Assembly: GCA_964392555.1 (NCBI GenBank)
Contig: CAYMRG010000001.1
Coordinates: 19,842 to 53,065, forward strand
Source of the DNA: an uncultured candidatus Brocadiaceae bacterium
GTDB lineage: Bacteria > Planctomycetota > UBA1135 > UBA2386
Length of the DNA stretch: 33,224 bases
Direction of reading: 5' to 3'
Positions 11,803 to 20,265 of this stretch are shown here, piece after piece. The notes below the pieces were generated by a model, which had not been told where the DNA came from, did no database searches, and saw only the letters and a list, made by a program, of their open reading frames with translations. The number at the start of each line of letters is the position of its first letter. Position 1 is the first letter of the stretch. Made by a program: the position numbers and the translations under genes.

Positions 11803-14675
11803 GCGCCGGGGCGATCGGCGGCAGCCTTCGGCTTCGGGAGCGACTCGAGGAACTTGACGAAGTTGTCGGTCAGGGCCGAAGGCGTATAGCCATCGGGGAT
11901 CGCCTCACCGAGCTTGTCGCCCGTCTTCGGATCGACGACCACGAACGTCGGCATGCCGCGGCTGACCGCGAGCTGCTTGAACAGCGCCTTGTTGCCCGCG
12001 AACCGCTCCGCGGTGAGGTACTTCTGCAGATCGACGTGCAACCGCACCTCGACGAACCCTTGCTTCAGGATCCCGGCGACCGCCGGGCGCAGGAAGACGT
12101 CGTCTTCCATCGCACGACAGTTCACTCAATTGAACCCGGTGAAGTTGTAGAGCAGCAGCTTGTCCTCGGCCTTCGCGAGCACGAGCGCGCGATCGGGGTC
12201 GTCCTCGACGAGCGTGTGGCCCGCCGCGTGCTCGCTGCCGCCGGCCTTGTCGCCGGTGCCTGCCTGCGCGACCGCGCGCGCGCCGACCATCGGCGCCGAG
12301 TAGGGCGGCGCGAACGCCGTCATGTAGAAGTCGAGCTTGTAGCCGAGCGCGCCGAACAGCAGGTAGGTGGCCAGCAGCACCACCGCCATGCCGGTCGCCA
12401 TGCGCCCGCCGCCGACGCCTTCGTTGGCCGTTCCCGCCTTGCGCAGGATGCCGAACAGGTACATCGCCCACATCACGAAGATCGCTGCGATCAGCAGCAG
12501 GAACAGCTCGCGCGGCAGCGCATTCCAGTCGAGCGCGATGTCGACCATCGACACGAACTTCAGCGTCGCGGCGATCTCGACGAACCCGAGCGAGACCTTC
12601 AGCGTGTCCATCCACTGACCCGAGCGCGGCAGCGCCTTGACCTTGGACGGGGCCAGCGACAGGAACACGAACGGCAGCGCCATCACGAGGCCGAACACGG
12701 TCATGCCGATCGCGACGCGCGCAACTCCTTGCGTCGCGACGCTGCTGATCAGCGTGCCGACGATCGGCGCCGTGCAGGTGAAGGAGGTGATCACCAGCGC
12801 CGCGCCCATGAAGAACACGCCGAGCACACCACCGCTGCCGCTCGCCGTGGTCGCGACGTCCTGGAGGAATCGCGGCGGCTGCAGATCGATCCAACCGAAC
12901 AGCGAGAACGCGAACAGCAGGAAGACGATTCCGATCACCGCATTGGTGATCCAGTGGTTGGCGACGGCGAGGATCACCCCCGACATCAGCACGCCGACGA
13001 TCACGAACATCAGCACGATGCCGAAGCCGTAGACCAGCGCCAGCGACATCACGTTGCCGCCGCGCTTCTCGGCCTGCTTCGTGAAGAAGCTGAACGTGAT
13101 CGGAATCATCGGGTAGGTGCACGGCATCGCGAGGGCGAACAGCGCGCCGCCGACACACGCGAGGATCAGCCCCCACAGCGACAGCCCAGCGGGGTTGCCG
13201 GCCGTGCCGCCGCCGGCGACGACCACCGCTTCGTTCGCCTTCGGCCCGCCGCCCATCGGGGCGGCACCTTCGCGAACCCCCTTCTCGACCGCGACCTTCG
13301 CCGCGAACGCGACGTCCTCCGGTGGCTGGCACTGGAACTTCTCGTCGCACACCTGCACGCGCAGCGTGCCCTTGACCTCGACCTCGCCCGGCGCGTGGCC
13401 GACCGGCGCGCGCAGCCGCTGCGTCACCTGGAACTTGTCCGGCAGCGGATACGAGGTGCCGACGATGCCTTCGCGCGCGGTGCCAGGCGGCACGTTCGCG
13501 TCGCCGTCGGTCTCGAGTCCACCGAGCGTCAGCTTCTTCGCATCCAGCAGGACCGGCAGGTTGATCGGCTCGCGGCTGCCGTAGGCGTGGTAGCCCTTGG
13601 CGATCTCGACGTCCAGCACGAGCGTCGCGCTCTCGCCTTCGTGGACGTTCGCCGGCTCGAAGCTCGCTTTGACGGTGATCGTCTTGCCCTTCGTGTCGGG
13701 CAGCAGATTCGCGTCGGGTAAGAGCTTGAGGCCGGGCTTGGTCTCGCCGCCACCCGCGACGATCTCGAACGTCGCCGTGAACGGTGCGCCGTCCGGCGGC
13801 AGGCACGATGACTCGTCGCAGATCTGGTAGTCGAGCGCGCCGCTGAGTTCGACCTTGCCGGGCTTCGCGCCGGCGGGCACGCGCAGCTTCTGCGTCACCT
13901 CGAAGCGGTTCGGCAGCGGATACTGCGTCATGCCCATGTGCTCGTGCGGCTCGCCGGGCGGCACCATCGCGCCGCCGTCGGCCTCGAGCCCGCCCAGCTT
14001 GGCCTTGCCGGCGTCGAACGCGACCGGAATGTTGGTCGTCTCGCTGCTGCCGTAGGCGTGGAACGCGTCGTCGACGACCGCCTCGATGTGCAGCACGACG
14101 GTCTCGCCGGGCTTGCCGACCTTCGGCACGCACGTCGCGCGCACCGAGACCTTCTCGCCTTGCTTCAGCTGCAGCGGCTCGGCGCGCGCCGGGCCCGCGC
14201 CCGCGACCTTCAGCACGACCGCGAACTTCGCATCGTCGGGCGGCAGGCACATGTTCGCGTCGCAGATCTGGTAGCGCAGCGCCCCCTCGATCTTGACGTC
14301 GCCGGCCGCGGCACCGGCCGGCACGCGCAGCGACTGCGTCACGACGAACGTCTCGGGCAGTGGATACTGCGTGCCCAGCGGGCCGCTCTTGGCGTTGCCG
14401 GGCGGGATCACCGGATCGCCGTCGAGCACGAGCGGCGCCACCTTCAGCGTGTCCGCCGGCAGTTCGATCGGGATGTTGACCGTCTCCTTGGTGCCGTAGG
14501 CGTGCCAGCCTTCGCTGACGGTCGCCGTCAGCACGAGCTTGACGGTGTCGCCGGGTTTGGCCGTCGACGGTTCGAGCGTCGCCTGCAGCGACAGCGAACC
14601 GTCCTGCGCGCGCAGGCCGCAGATGGCCGCGCACAGGGCGATCAGGAACGTGAGCCAGCGGGATCGGGCTTCCAT
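11793..14675 (-). CDS. dsbD: DsbD-family thiol:disulfide electron transporter: signal peptide, 3 x DsbD-alpha-like domains, CcdA/DsbD-beta membrane core, and a thioredoxin-like gamma domain. It is read through an in-frame TGA (predicted selenocysteine, UxxC).
   Basis: Track ORFs 12126..14813 and 11793..12125 are in the same frame and separated only by TGA 12126-12128. The junction reads LLLYNFTGFN-TGA-VNCRAMEDDVF, where a DsbD gamma domain has ..WCxxC. A cis-Pro GMPTFVVVD lies downstream. Membrane-core Cys motifs are AMPCTYPMIP and SFTCTAPIVG. I chose start M47 (MEARSRWLTFLIALCAAICGLRAQ, ATG 14675-14673). A conventional annotation would split this into 12126..14675 plus 11793..12125. Confidence 0.7.
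12092..12108 (-). promoter_or_regulatory. Candidate bacterial SECIS hairpin (GGAAGAC-GAC-GUCUUCC)
   Basis: Perfect 7-bp stem starting 18 nt after the UGA. The apical loop starts with G, 24 nt after the UGA, inside the usual SECIS distance range. A second hairpin, CCCGGC-GGUC-GCCGGG, lies at 12072-12087. Confidence 0.45.
12126..12128 (-). other. In-frame TGA, predicted selenocysteine codon (first position of the UVNC redox motif)
   Basis: Minus-strand reading: AAT(N) TGA GTG(V) AAC(N) TGT(C). Confidence 0.6.
13287..14594 (-). repeat. Three tandem DsbD-alpha-like domain-coding repeats (about 130 codons each: 14205-14594, 13758-14153, 13287-13682)
   Basis: Each unit has (W/F/Y)HAYG....N(I/L)P......PPG....G(T)(Q/S)YPLP..F.VTQ.LR.P.G...G.V...G.L..Q(I/V)CD...C(L/Q)PP. 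Confidence 0.8.
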
Positions 14676-14827
14676 CGGGGCGGGGATGATACGAGGCCGC
14701 GGCCATTCGGCACGCGGGCCGGCGAATTGTCCCGCGGGCCGTCCGGGCGCGACCGGTCCGGCGCGACGGCGGAAATCGCGCCGGGTCAGTACCCTTTCCC
14801 GAACCCACGGCACTCACCCACCAGCCC

Positions 14828-15373
14828 ATGAGCGCCACCGCATTGCCCCACCAGGAGCCGGAGCCTTCGCTCGCCGACGCCTTCGTTCGCCGCCATCAGG
14901 TCGGACTGTGGCGCTGGCTGCGCGTCCTCGGCTGCACGGCCGACCGGGCCGAAGAGCACTGCCAGGACGCCTTCCTCGCCGCGCTGCACCTCGGGGTCGA
15001 TCGCTGGGCAGCCGGGGCCGCGAGTGCCTGGCTGCGCACGGCCGCGAAGAACCTGTTCCTGATGCAGCTGCGCGCCGAGCGCCGCCGGCCGCGCTGGACC
15101 TCGCTCGACGACGTCGAGGCGAGCTGGACGGCGGCCGGCGGCGAGACGGACGGCGGCGACGCGGCGCTGCGCGCGCTCGACGAGTGCCTGCGTGCGCTGC
15201 CGCCGCGCGACCACGACCTCGTGATGCGTCGCTACCGCGACCGCGAACCGCGCGCCGTGACGGCGCAGCAGCTCGGCCTTGGCGAGGCAGGGGTCAAGCA
15301 GGCGCTGCGCCGCGCGCGCGAGCGGCTGCGGATCTGCCTCGGCATCCGCATTCGGCCCACGACCCATCCATGA
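14828..15373 (+). CDS. ECF-family RNA polymerase sigma factor (paralog 2)
   Basis: 181 aa. GLWRWLRVLGCTADRAEEHCQDAF parallels sigma 1. Region 4 HTH is TAQQLGLGEAGVKQALRRARERLRICL. Divergent from the dsbD-like gene. Confidence 0.85.
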   Translation: MSATALPHQEPEPSLADAFVRRHQVGLWRWLRVLGCTADRAEEHCQDAFLAALHLGVDRWAAGAASAWLRTAAKNLFLMQLRAERRRPRWTSLDDVEASWTAAGGETDGGDAALRALDECLRALPPRDHDLVMRRYRDREPRAVTAQQLGLGEAGVKQALRRARERLRICLGIRIRPTTHP

Positions 15374-15385
15374 CATGAGGGAACG

Positions 15386-16654
15386 ATGATCGACGACGCC
15401 AACCAGGACGAGTTCACGGACGCCCACGCGGTGGTCGACGCCTTGCTGCAGGAGCGGCTCGGCGGCGAACTGCCGCACGATCTCGCCACCGCGATTGCCA
15501 CCCGCCGGCTGCGCGGCGAAGGCAAGGCGGCCGCCCGCGCCTGCACGGTGGCGGCGCGGCCCGCGGCCAGCGGCCAGCGCTGGCTGGTCGCGGCGATCAT
15601 GCTGCTGGCGATCGGCGCCGTCGTCGGCGCGCAGTGGTGGCGTCGCGCCGAGGCGACCGCGGGCGCGACGGCGCCAACGCTGCCGGTCACCGCGCCGGAG
15701 CAAGATCCCCAGCCGGCCGGCGAGAACGGCGTGCTGCAGCTGCGCGTGCTCGACGACCACGGTGCGCCGGTGCCTTCGTTCACGCTGACGATGTTGCGCG
15801 TGTTCGACGCCGCGCCGGGCCGCTACGGCCGCGTCCCCGAGGTGCCCGACCGCACTGTGCGATTCTACGACGACGCCGGGGGCTTCGTGCGGGTCCGCGA
15901 CCTGCCGGCCGGCCGCTACGCAGTGCGGGTGCAGTCGGATGACTACGCGGGCACACTCTCCGAGCCGTTCACGATGCCGGCGGCGGACCAGCCTGGCCCC
16001 GTCATCACGGTGCGGCTCACGCTCGGCAGCGAACTGGCGGGCATCGTCACCGGTCCCGGCGGCAAACCCGTGGCCGGCGCCGAGGTCCGCACGGTCGACA
16101 GCGCGATGATCGGCACGCCGCCGGGTTCCCTGTTCGCGAAACTGCGCGAGGCGATGCCCGTCGTCGTGACCCAGACCAGCGCGCGCACCGACGCCGAGGG
16201 GCGCTACCGCCTGCGCCGCCTGAGCAAGGGCAGCTACGGCCTCGTCGTCGACCATCCCGACTTCTGCCGCTTCGAACGCAAGGACCTCGCGATCCCTGCC
16301 GACCCGGCGAAGCTCGACGTCGCGCTAGCCGACGGCACCCGCATCTCGGGCACCCTGCGAGATGGCGACGGCCCCGTGGCCGATGTCGACGTCACGCTGA
16401 TGCTCGCCGGCGAACCGACCGTGACAGGCCCCATCAGCTTCCCGCCGACCTGGATCGCGCGAACGGACGCCCAGGGGCGCTTCACGTTCGCGGTGCGCAT
16501 CCCGCCCGGCAAATACCGCATGTCGAGCACCGGCAAGGTCACCGGCAAGGAAGCGCCGTTCGACCTGATGCGGCGGGCGAAGAGCAGCGAGGTCGAGTTC
16601 GTCGTCGAGCCCGGCAAGAAGGAGCTCGAGCAGGCGATGACGATCCAGCAGTGA
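15386..16654 (+). CDS. Single-pass membrane anti-sigma-like protein with CarboxypepD_reg-like (carboxypeptidase regulatory-like) extracytoplasmic domains
   Basis: GAGGGA lies upstream of ATG 15386, 12 nt after the sigma stop. TM helix WLVAAIMLLAIGAVVGAQWW. Repeated segments such as LAGIVTGPGGKPVAGAEVRT...TDAEGRYRLRRLSKGSYGL and ISGTLRDGDGPVADVDVTL...TDAQGRFTF. Confidence 0.65.
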   Translation: MIDDANQDEFTDAHAVVDALLQERLGGELPHDLATAIATRRLRGEGKAAARACTVAARPAASGQRWLVAAIMLLAIGAVVGAQWWRRAEATAGATAPTLPVTAPEQDPQPAGENGVLQLRVLDDHGAPVPSFTLTMLRVFDAAPGRYGRVPEVPDRTVRFYDDAGGFVRVRDLPAGRYAVRVQSDDYAGTLSEPFTMPAADQPGPVITVRLTLGSELAGIVTGPGGKPVAGAEVRTVDSAMIGTPPGSLFAKLREAMPVVVTQTSARTDAEGRYRLRRLSKGSYGLVVDHPDFCRFERKDLAIPADPAKLDVALADGTRISGTLRDGDGPVADVDVTLMLAGEPTVTGPISFPPTWIARTDAQGRFTFAVRIPPGKYRMSSTGKVTGKEAPFDLMRRAKSSEVEFVVEPGKKELEQAMTIQQ

Positions 16655-16661
16655 GCGCGGC

Positions 16662-17999
16662 TCAGCGCACGCCGAGCAACTGCACCGCGTCGACCTGGTG
16701 CCAGCCGGGAACCATCGCGAGATCGAACGTCAGCCGGATCCTGGCGACCCGGTAGGCCGTCGCCGGCACGTCGACGCCGAACCAGACGATCGCGCGGATC
16801 GCCGGCGGCACCAGCGGATCGGTGCCGCGCCACCAGAGGTGCACGCTGCCGTCGTCGGCGATCGCCTCGACCTGCGTGATCCCGCCGGGCGCGTCGTTCT
16901 GGCGCACACGCACGCCAGTCGCCGAGACCGGCGTCGCGAACGTCAGCTCCAGCCACGTCGTGCCGGCGTTCTGGCTGGCTGGACACCAGGCGAGCGGACT
17001 GCCGCCGACGGCCGGCACGTCCGGCGCACCGACCGCACGGGCCGCAGCGTAGTCCGAGGCGCTGTACTGCGATCCGGCGCTCGCCTCGCTCGCCCACTGC
17101 GCGTGCGGCGCGGCCAGGACCGCGGCGTCGTCCAGCGACGCAGCGGCGACGATCGTGCCGGGTGCGGCGCCTTCGGGCGCGGATGCAGCGGGTGCGGTAG
17201 CGCGCGACGCGGGCTCGGCGGGCTGCGGCGCCGTCACAGCACCTTCCCCGCCGGCCGCCTTCGCCGTCAGGTCGCGCCACACAGAGCCGAGCCGACGGTG
17301 CAGGCTTGCCGGCGGCAAGGCCCCCGGCGGCACGTTGGCGAGCGCGTCGGCGAATGCGGCCATCGCGCCGGTGCTGTCGCCACCCGCCAGCAGCACGTCG
17401 CCGCGGGCCGCGAGCCCCGCGACCGAGTGTGGCGCTTCGGCGAGCCACGCATCGACCGCAGCGCGCGCGGCGGCGGCGTCGTTCTGCGCCAGCGCGAGCG
17501 CCGTGACCAGTCGCTGCTTCGCTTCGACCTGCCGCGCCGTCGGTGTGCGCGGGGCATCGACGACGCGCACTTCGACCTGTTCGTCGCCAGCGACGAAACG
17601 CACGTTCGGTGCGTTCACGGACGCACTCGCCGAGGGCGGGACGTACCACGCACCGTCTGCTGCAACCAGTGACGGAATGCCCTCGCAGTGCACTTCCGTG
17701 GGCGCCGCGCCCCGGAGCACGATCGCCTGCACGCGCCACGGCCAGCCGCGGAACACGACCCCTTCTTCGTCGGCGCCCTCGACCGCGAGCAACAACGCCG
17801 GCCGCTCCGGCTCGGCGTCGCGCCACGCTTCGGACACCGGCTCGGGCGATGGTGTCGGTGCCTGCGTCGGCAAGGACGGTGACGGCTGTGGCGTCGCCGT
17901 CCCGGTCGCCGCAGGTGCCACCGGCTCGCCGCCACACCCCACCGCGAACAGCAAGACGACCGCCGCAGCGATCCGCCGTTGGCCACGCTTCCTGCTCAT
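16662..17999 (-). CDS. Lipoprotein of unknown function (Pro/Ala-rich linkers, helical middle, ~140-aa C-terminal beta-rich domain)
   Basis: Start MSRKRGQRRIAAAVVLLFAVGCGG (lipobox) at 17999-17997. It overlaps the stop of the upstream metalloprotease gene (ATGA at 17996-17999). Confidence 0.6.
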   Translation of the reverse strand: MSRKRGQRRIAAAVVLLFAVGCGGEPVAPAATGTATPQPSPSLPTQAPTPSPEPVSEAWRDAEPERPALLLAVEGADEEGVVFRGWPWRVQAIVLRGAAPTEVHCEGIPSLVAADGAWYVPPSASASVNAPNVRFVAGDEQVEVRVVDAPRTPTARQVEAKQRLVTALALAQNDAAAARAAVDAWLAEAPHSVAGLAARGDVLLAGGDSTGAMAAFADALANVPPGALPPASLHRRLGSVWRDLTAKAAGGEGAVTAPQPAEPASRATAPAASAPEGAAPGTIVAAASLDDAAVLAAPHAQWASEASAGSQYSASDYAAARAVGAPDVPAVGGSPLAWCPASQNAGTTWLELTFATPVSATGVRVRQNDAPGGITQVEAIADDGSVHLWWRGTDPLVPPAIRAIVWFGVDVPATAYRVARIRLTFDLAMVPGWHQVDAVQLLGVR

Positions 18000-20182
18000 C
18001 GCTCCCTCACCGGCGCGTCGTCGCGCACACACAGTTGCTGCCGACAGCGCCCGCACGTGGCATCGCCGTAGCGCGGTTTCGGCAAGGTCGGCGCGTTGAA
18101 CTCCGTGCCCGTCGCCGCATCGCAGATTCCCAGGCCACTCGGCTCACCCGGCGACACCTGCCGGCAATCGGGCTGCCCCGCGACGACGAACGCCTCGGCC
18201 GCGACGTAGCGCATGAAGCAACCGACGTCGCCCGAGTGCTGGCCGCCCTGATGGCCGAGGAACAGCACCCTCGGCTGCGTCAGGAACTCGGCGTTCGCCG
18301 GCAGGACCTCGCGCCCGTCGGCGGCGAAGATGCGGATGTGCGGACCCGGCGTCGACGGGAACTCGAACTGCCCGCCGTGGCTGCGTGCGGGTCGCTCTTC
18401 GAACCACTGCTCCGGCTTGCCGTCGACGATGCGCTGCTTGCGCAGCCAGACGACGTAGTCGTCGCCTTCGCCGTGGTGCGGCACGCCGACCGAGTGAGCC
18501 ATTTCGTGCGCCACCGTCGAACGCAGCTCCTCCGCGCGGTCGGGCGCCAGCAGGTCGGCGTTGATGACGATGCGGTCGATGTCCTTGGGCCGGATGCCGA
18601 CCAGCGTCTCGCGCTGCGTCATCGCCACCGACGCATCGCCGCCTTCGACGAGTTCGAGGTAGAGACCGTGCTGCGGCTGGTCGCTGCTGCGCGGCGCGCG
18701 CGACGAGCGGTTGGCGTTCATGACGCGCGACGTCGGCATCTCGCCCTCGCGCAGCTCGTACCGGACGCGGATCCCGGTCACGTCGGCGAACAGGAAGATC
18801 CCCGGCAACAGGCGCCGACCGACGCGGTTGCGCACGAACAGGTCCTTCTGCTTCGGCGAGGTGCGGATGTGGCCGCCGTTCATCACGAAGCCGCGATACT
18901 CCTCGTAGTTGGCGAAGCCGTCGCCGAGGTTGCCGTCGCCGACGGGTCGCGCGTCCTCGTCGAGCGCGTCGGCGCCGCAGCCGGTCCGTTCGCGGAAGAC
19001 GTCGGCGATCTTGCTGTCCGGCGCGCGCTTGGGGATCCGCAGGCCGCTGTCCTCGGCGCCGCGCAGCCGGCCGAGCACGCGTCGCCCGTCGCCGGTGACC
19101 GCGGTGACGCGCAACGTCGTCCAGCCGCCCCAGTCGAACGGCACGACCTTGACCGTGTCCTGGTGGCCGGCCTGCACCGCGCGCACCAGCCGCTGGTTCT
19201 CGTCTTCGCGCTGGAAGAAGCCGCCGTCGGCGTCGAGGTCGAGGTCGCAGCGCTGGTCGTTCGCCTCGCACGGCCAGTTGAGCGCCACGCCCGGCTCGCG
19301 CGAGGTCTTGATCAGCTCCCACTCGAAACTCGTCACCGAGACCTTCGGTGTGTTGCCGTCCGCGGTCACCAGCCGCGCGGTCACCGCGAGCGGGCGCCCT
19401 GGCCCGCATTCGGGCGTCGTCTCCGGCAGCCATGTCGCGTAGCCCTTGGGCTCGTCGATCTCGAGCCGCAGTTCGTCGAACGCCAGCGGCTCGAGGTACA
19501 CCGCGTACTGCCAGACGACCGGCGGCGTCATGCCGTACTGACCGTCGATGCCGCGGAAACGGGTCTTCGTCGAGTCCGACGCGAACAGCACCGCACCGCC
19601 CGTCGGGAAGCGATGGTGCTGCGTGCCCCCCATGCCGTAGCAGACGCCGTCCTGCTGGTTGCGGAAGGTCTGCCCTTCGCGGAACGTCACGCGCTCGCGC
19701 AACTGCGTCGGCACCTTGCCCGATGGCAGGTTCACCGACCACGTGTCGTCGTGGTGGAACTCGAGCCGCACCTCGTGGTCCGCGTCGAACGCGAGCGCGC
19801 CGTTGGCTTCGAACGCCGACTCCTGGTCGCCGCCGTCGTGCTTCGCCGTCGAGCGGTAGCCGCTCTCGTAGCGCGAACGCGTCACCTTGCCGGTCCACAC
19901 CCACGGCTCGGTCGTCAGGTCGGTCAGCTCGAACTCGACCTCGCTGTAGATCGTGTAGTCGATGCCGAGCTGCACCTTGCCCGCCCCCATGGTCGCCTGC
20001 AGCTGCGCCCACGCCGCCGGGTCGACCGTGGCGCTCGCGACCAGCGTGCCGCGCCACGCCTTGCAGTCGTGGAAGTGCGTCGCGAGGGATTCCTGCGCGG
20101 GCAGCGCCGTGGCAAGGGCGGTGACGGCGATCAGGGCGGCCGGCAACCAGCGGCCGGATCCTGGCTGGGGAAGGTGGTTCAT
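17996..20182 (-). CDS. Secreted zinc metalloprotease, metzincin-type HExxHxxGxxH
   Basis: Signal peptide MNHLPQPGSGRWLPAALIAVTALATALPAQ at ATG 20182. HEMAHSVGVPHH at nt 18473-18508. One TSP3-like Ca-binding motif GDGNLGDGFANYEEYRG. The track ORF continues upstream to 21622, but that part is antisense to the ATPase gene and Arg-rich. Confidence 0.7.
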   Translation of the reverse strand: MNHLPQPGSGRWLPAALIAVTALATALPAQESLATHFHDCKAWRGTLVASATVDPAAWAQLQATMGAGKVQLGIDYTIYSEVEFELTDLTTEPWVWTGKVTRSRYESGYRSTAKHDGGDQESAFEANGALAFDADHEVRLEFHHDDTWSVNLPSGKVPTQLRERVTFREGQTFRNQQDGVCYGMGGTQHHRFPTGGAVLFASDSTKTRFRGIDGQYGMTPPVVWQYAVYLEPLAFDELRLEIDEPKGYATWLPETTPECGPGRPLAVTARLVTADGNTPKVSVTSFEWELIKTSREPGVALNWPCEANDQRCDLDLDADGGFFQREDENQRLVRAVQAGHQDTVKVVPFDWGGWTTLRVTAVTGDGRRVLGRLRGAEDSGLRIPKRAPDSKIADVFRERTGCGADALDEDARPVGDGNLGDGFANYEEYRGFVMNGGHIRTSPKQKDLFVRNRVGRRLLPGIFLFADVTGIRVRYELREGEMPTSRVMNANRSSRAPRSSDQPQHGLYLELVEGGDASVAMTQRETLVGIRPKDIDRIVINADLLAPDRAEELRSTVAHEMAHSVGVPHHGEGDDYVVWLRKQRIVDGKPEQWFEERPARSHGGQFEFPSTPGPHIRIFAADGREVLPANAEFLTQPRVLFLGHQGGQHSGDVGCFMRYVAAEAFVVAGQPDCRQVSPGEPSGLGICDAATGTEFNAPTLPKPRYGDATCGRCRQQLCVRDDAPVRER

Positions 20183-20265
20183 GGGCGGACCGTGGTCGTG
20201 TATCGGCAGCGGCAGGGCGGCGAGAACAACACGGGGAGGAGCAGGCCCCAAGTCCCGGGCAAAGA

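Noticed and set aside
12072-12087. Second hairpin CCCGGC-GGUC-GCCGGG as the SECIS element (its GGUC loop is reminiscent of E. coli fdhF)
   Set aside because: Its loop lies about 45 nt after the UGA, beyond the distance usually seen for bacterial SECIS apical loops. The proximal hairpin at 12092-12108 fits better. I keep it only as an alternative. GC-rich hairpins of this size are frequent by chance here.
11793-12125. The 110-aa ORF as an independent small thioredoxin-like gene starting at GTG 12125
   Set aside because: It would begin one codon after the upstream stop, in the same frame. It would carry only the second Cys of the redox motif (M-N-C) and would have no ribosome-binding region of its own. 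Read-through as one recoded DsbD gamma domain explains the sequence better. A split or pseudogene state cannot be excluded without knowing whether the genome has Sec machinery.
9615-13721. 1368-aa ORF on the plus strand spanning the Kelch gene (off-frame) and the antisense of the dsbD-like gene
   Set aside because: The translation is almost pure Arg/Asp/Gly/Ala/His low-complexity with no motif. It is out of frame with, or antisense to, two genes that have clear domain content. This is the classic long-ORF artefact of very GC-rich DNA. The same reasoning applies to 11905..14838(-), 17543..20305(+), 18144..20291(-), 10024..11553(-), 8431..9960(-), 391..2157(+), 27009..29303(+) and similar track entries.
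14676-14827. ECF-type promoter upstream of sigma factor 2 or the dsbD-like gene (GGAAAT at 14771-14776, GAACC at 14801-14805)
   Set aside because: Neither candidate -35 box is followed at 16-17 nt by a TCGC/CGT-type -10 element on either strand. The GAACC box is too close to ATG 14828.
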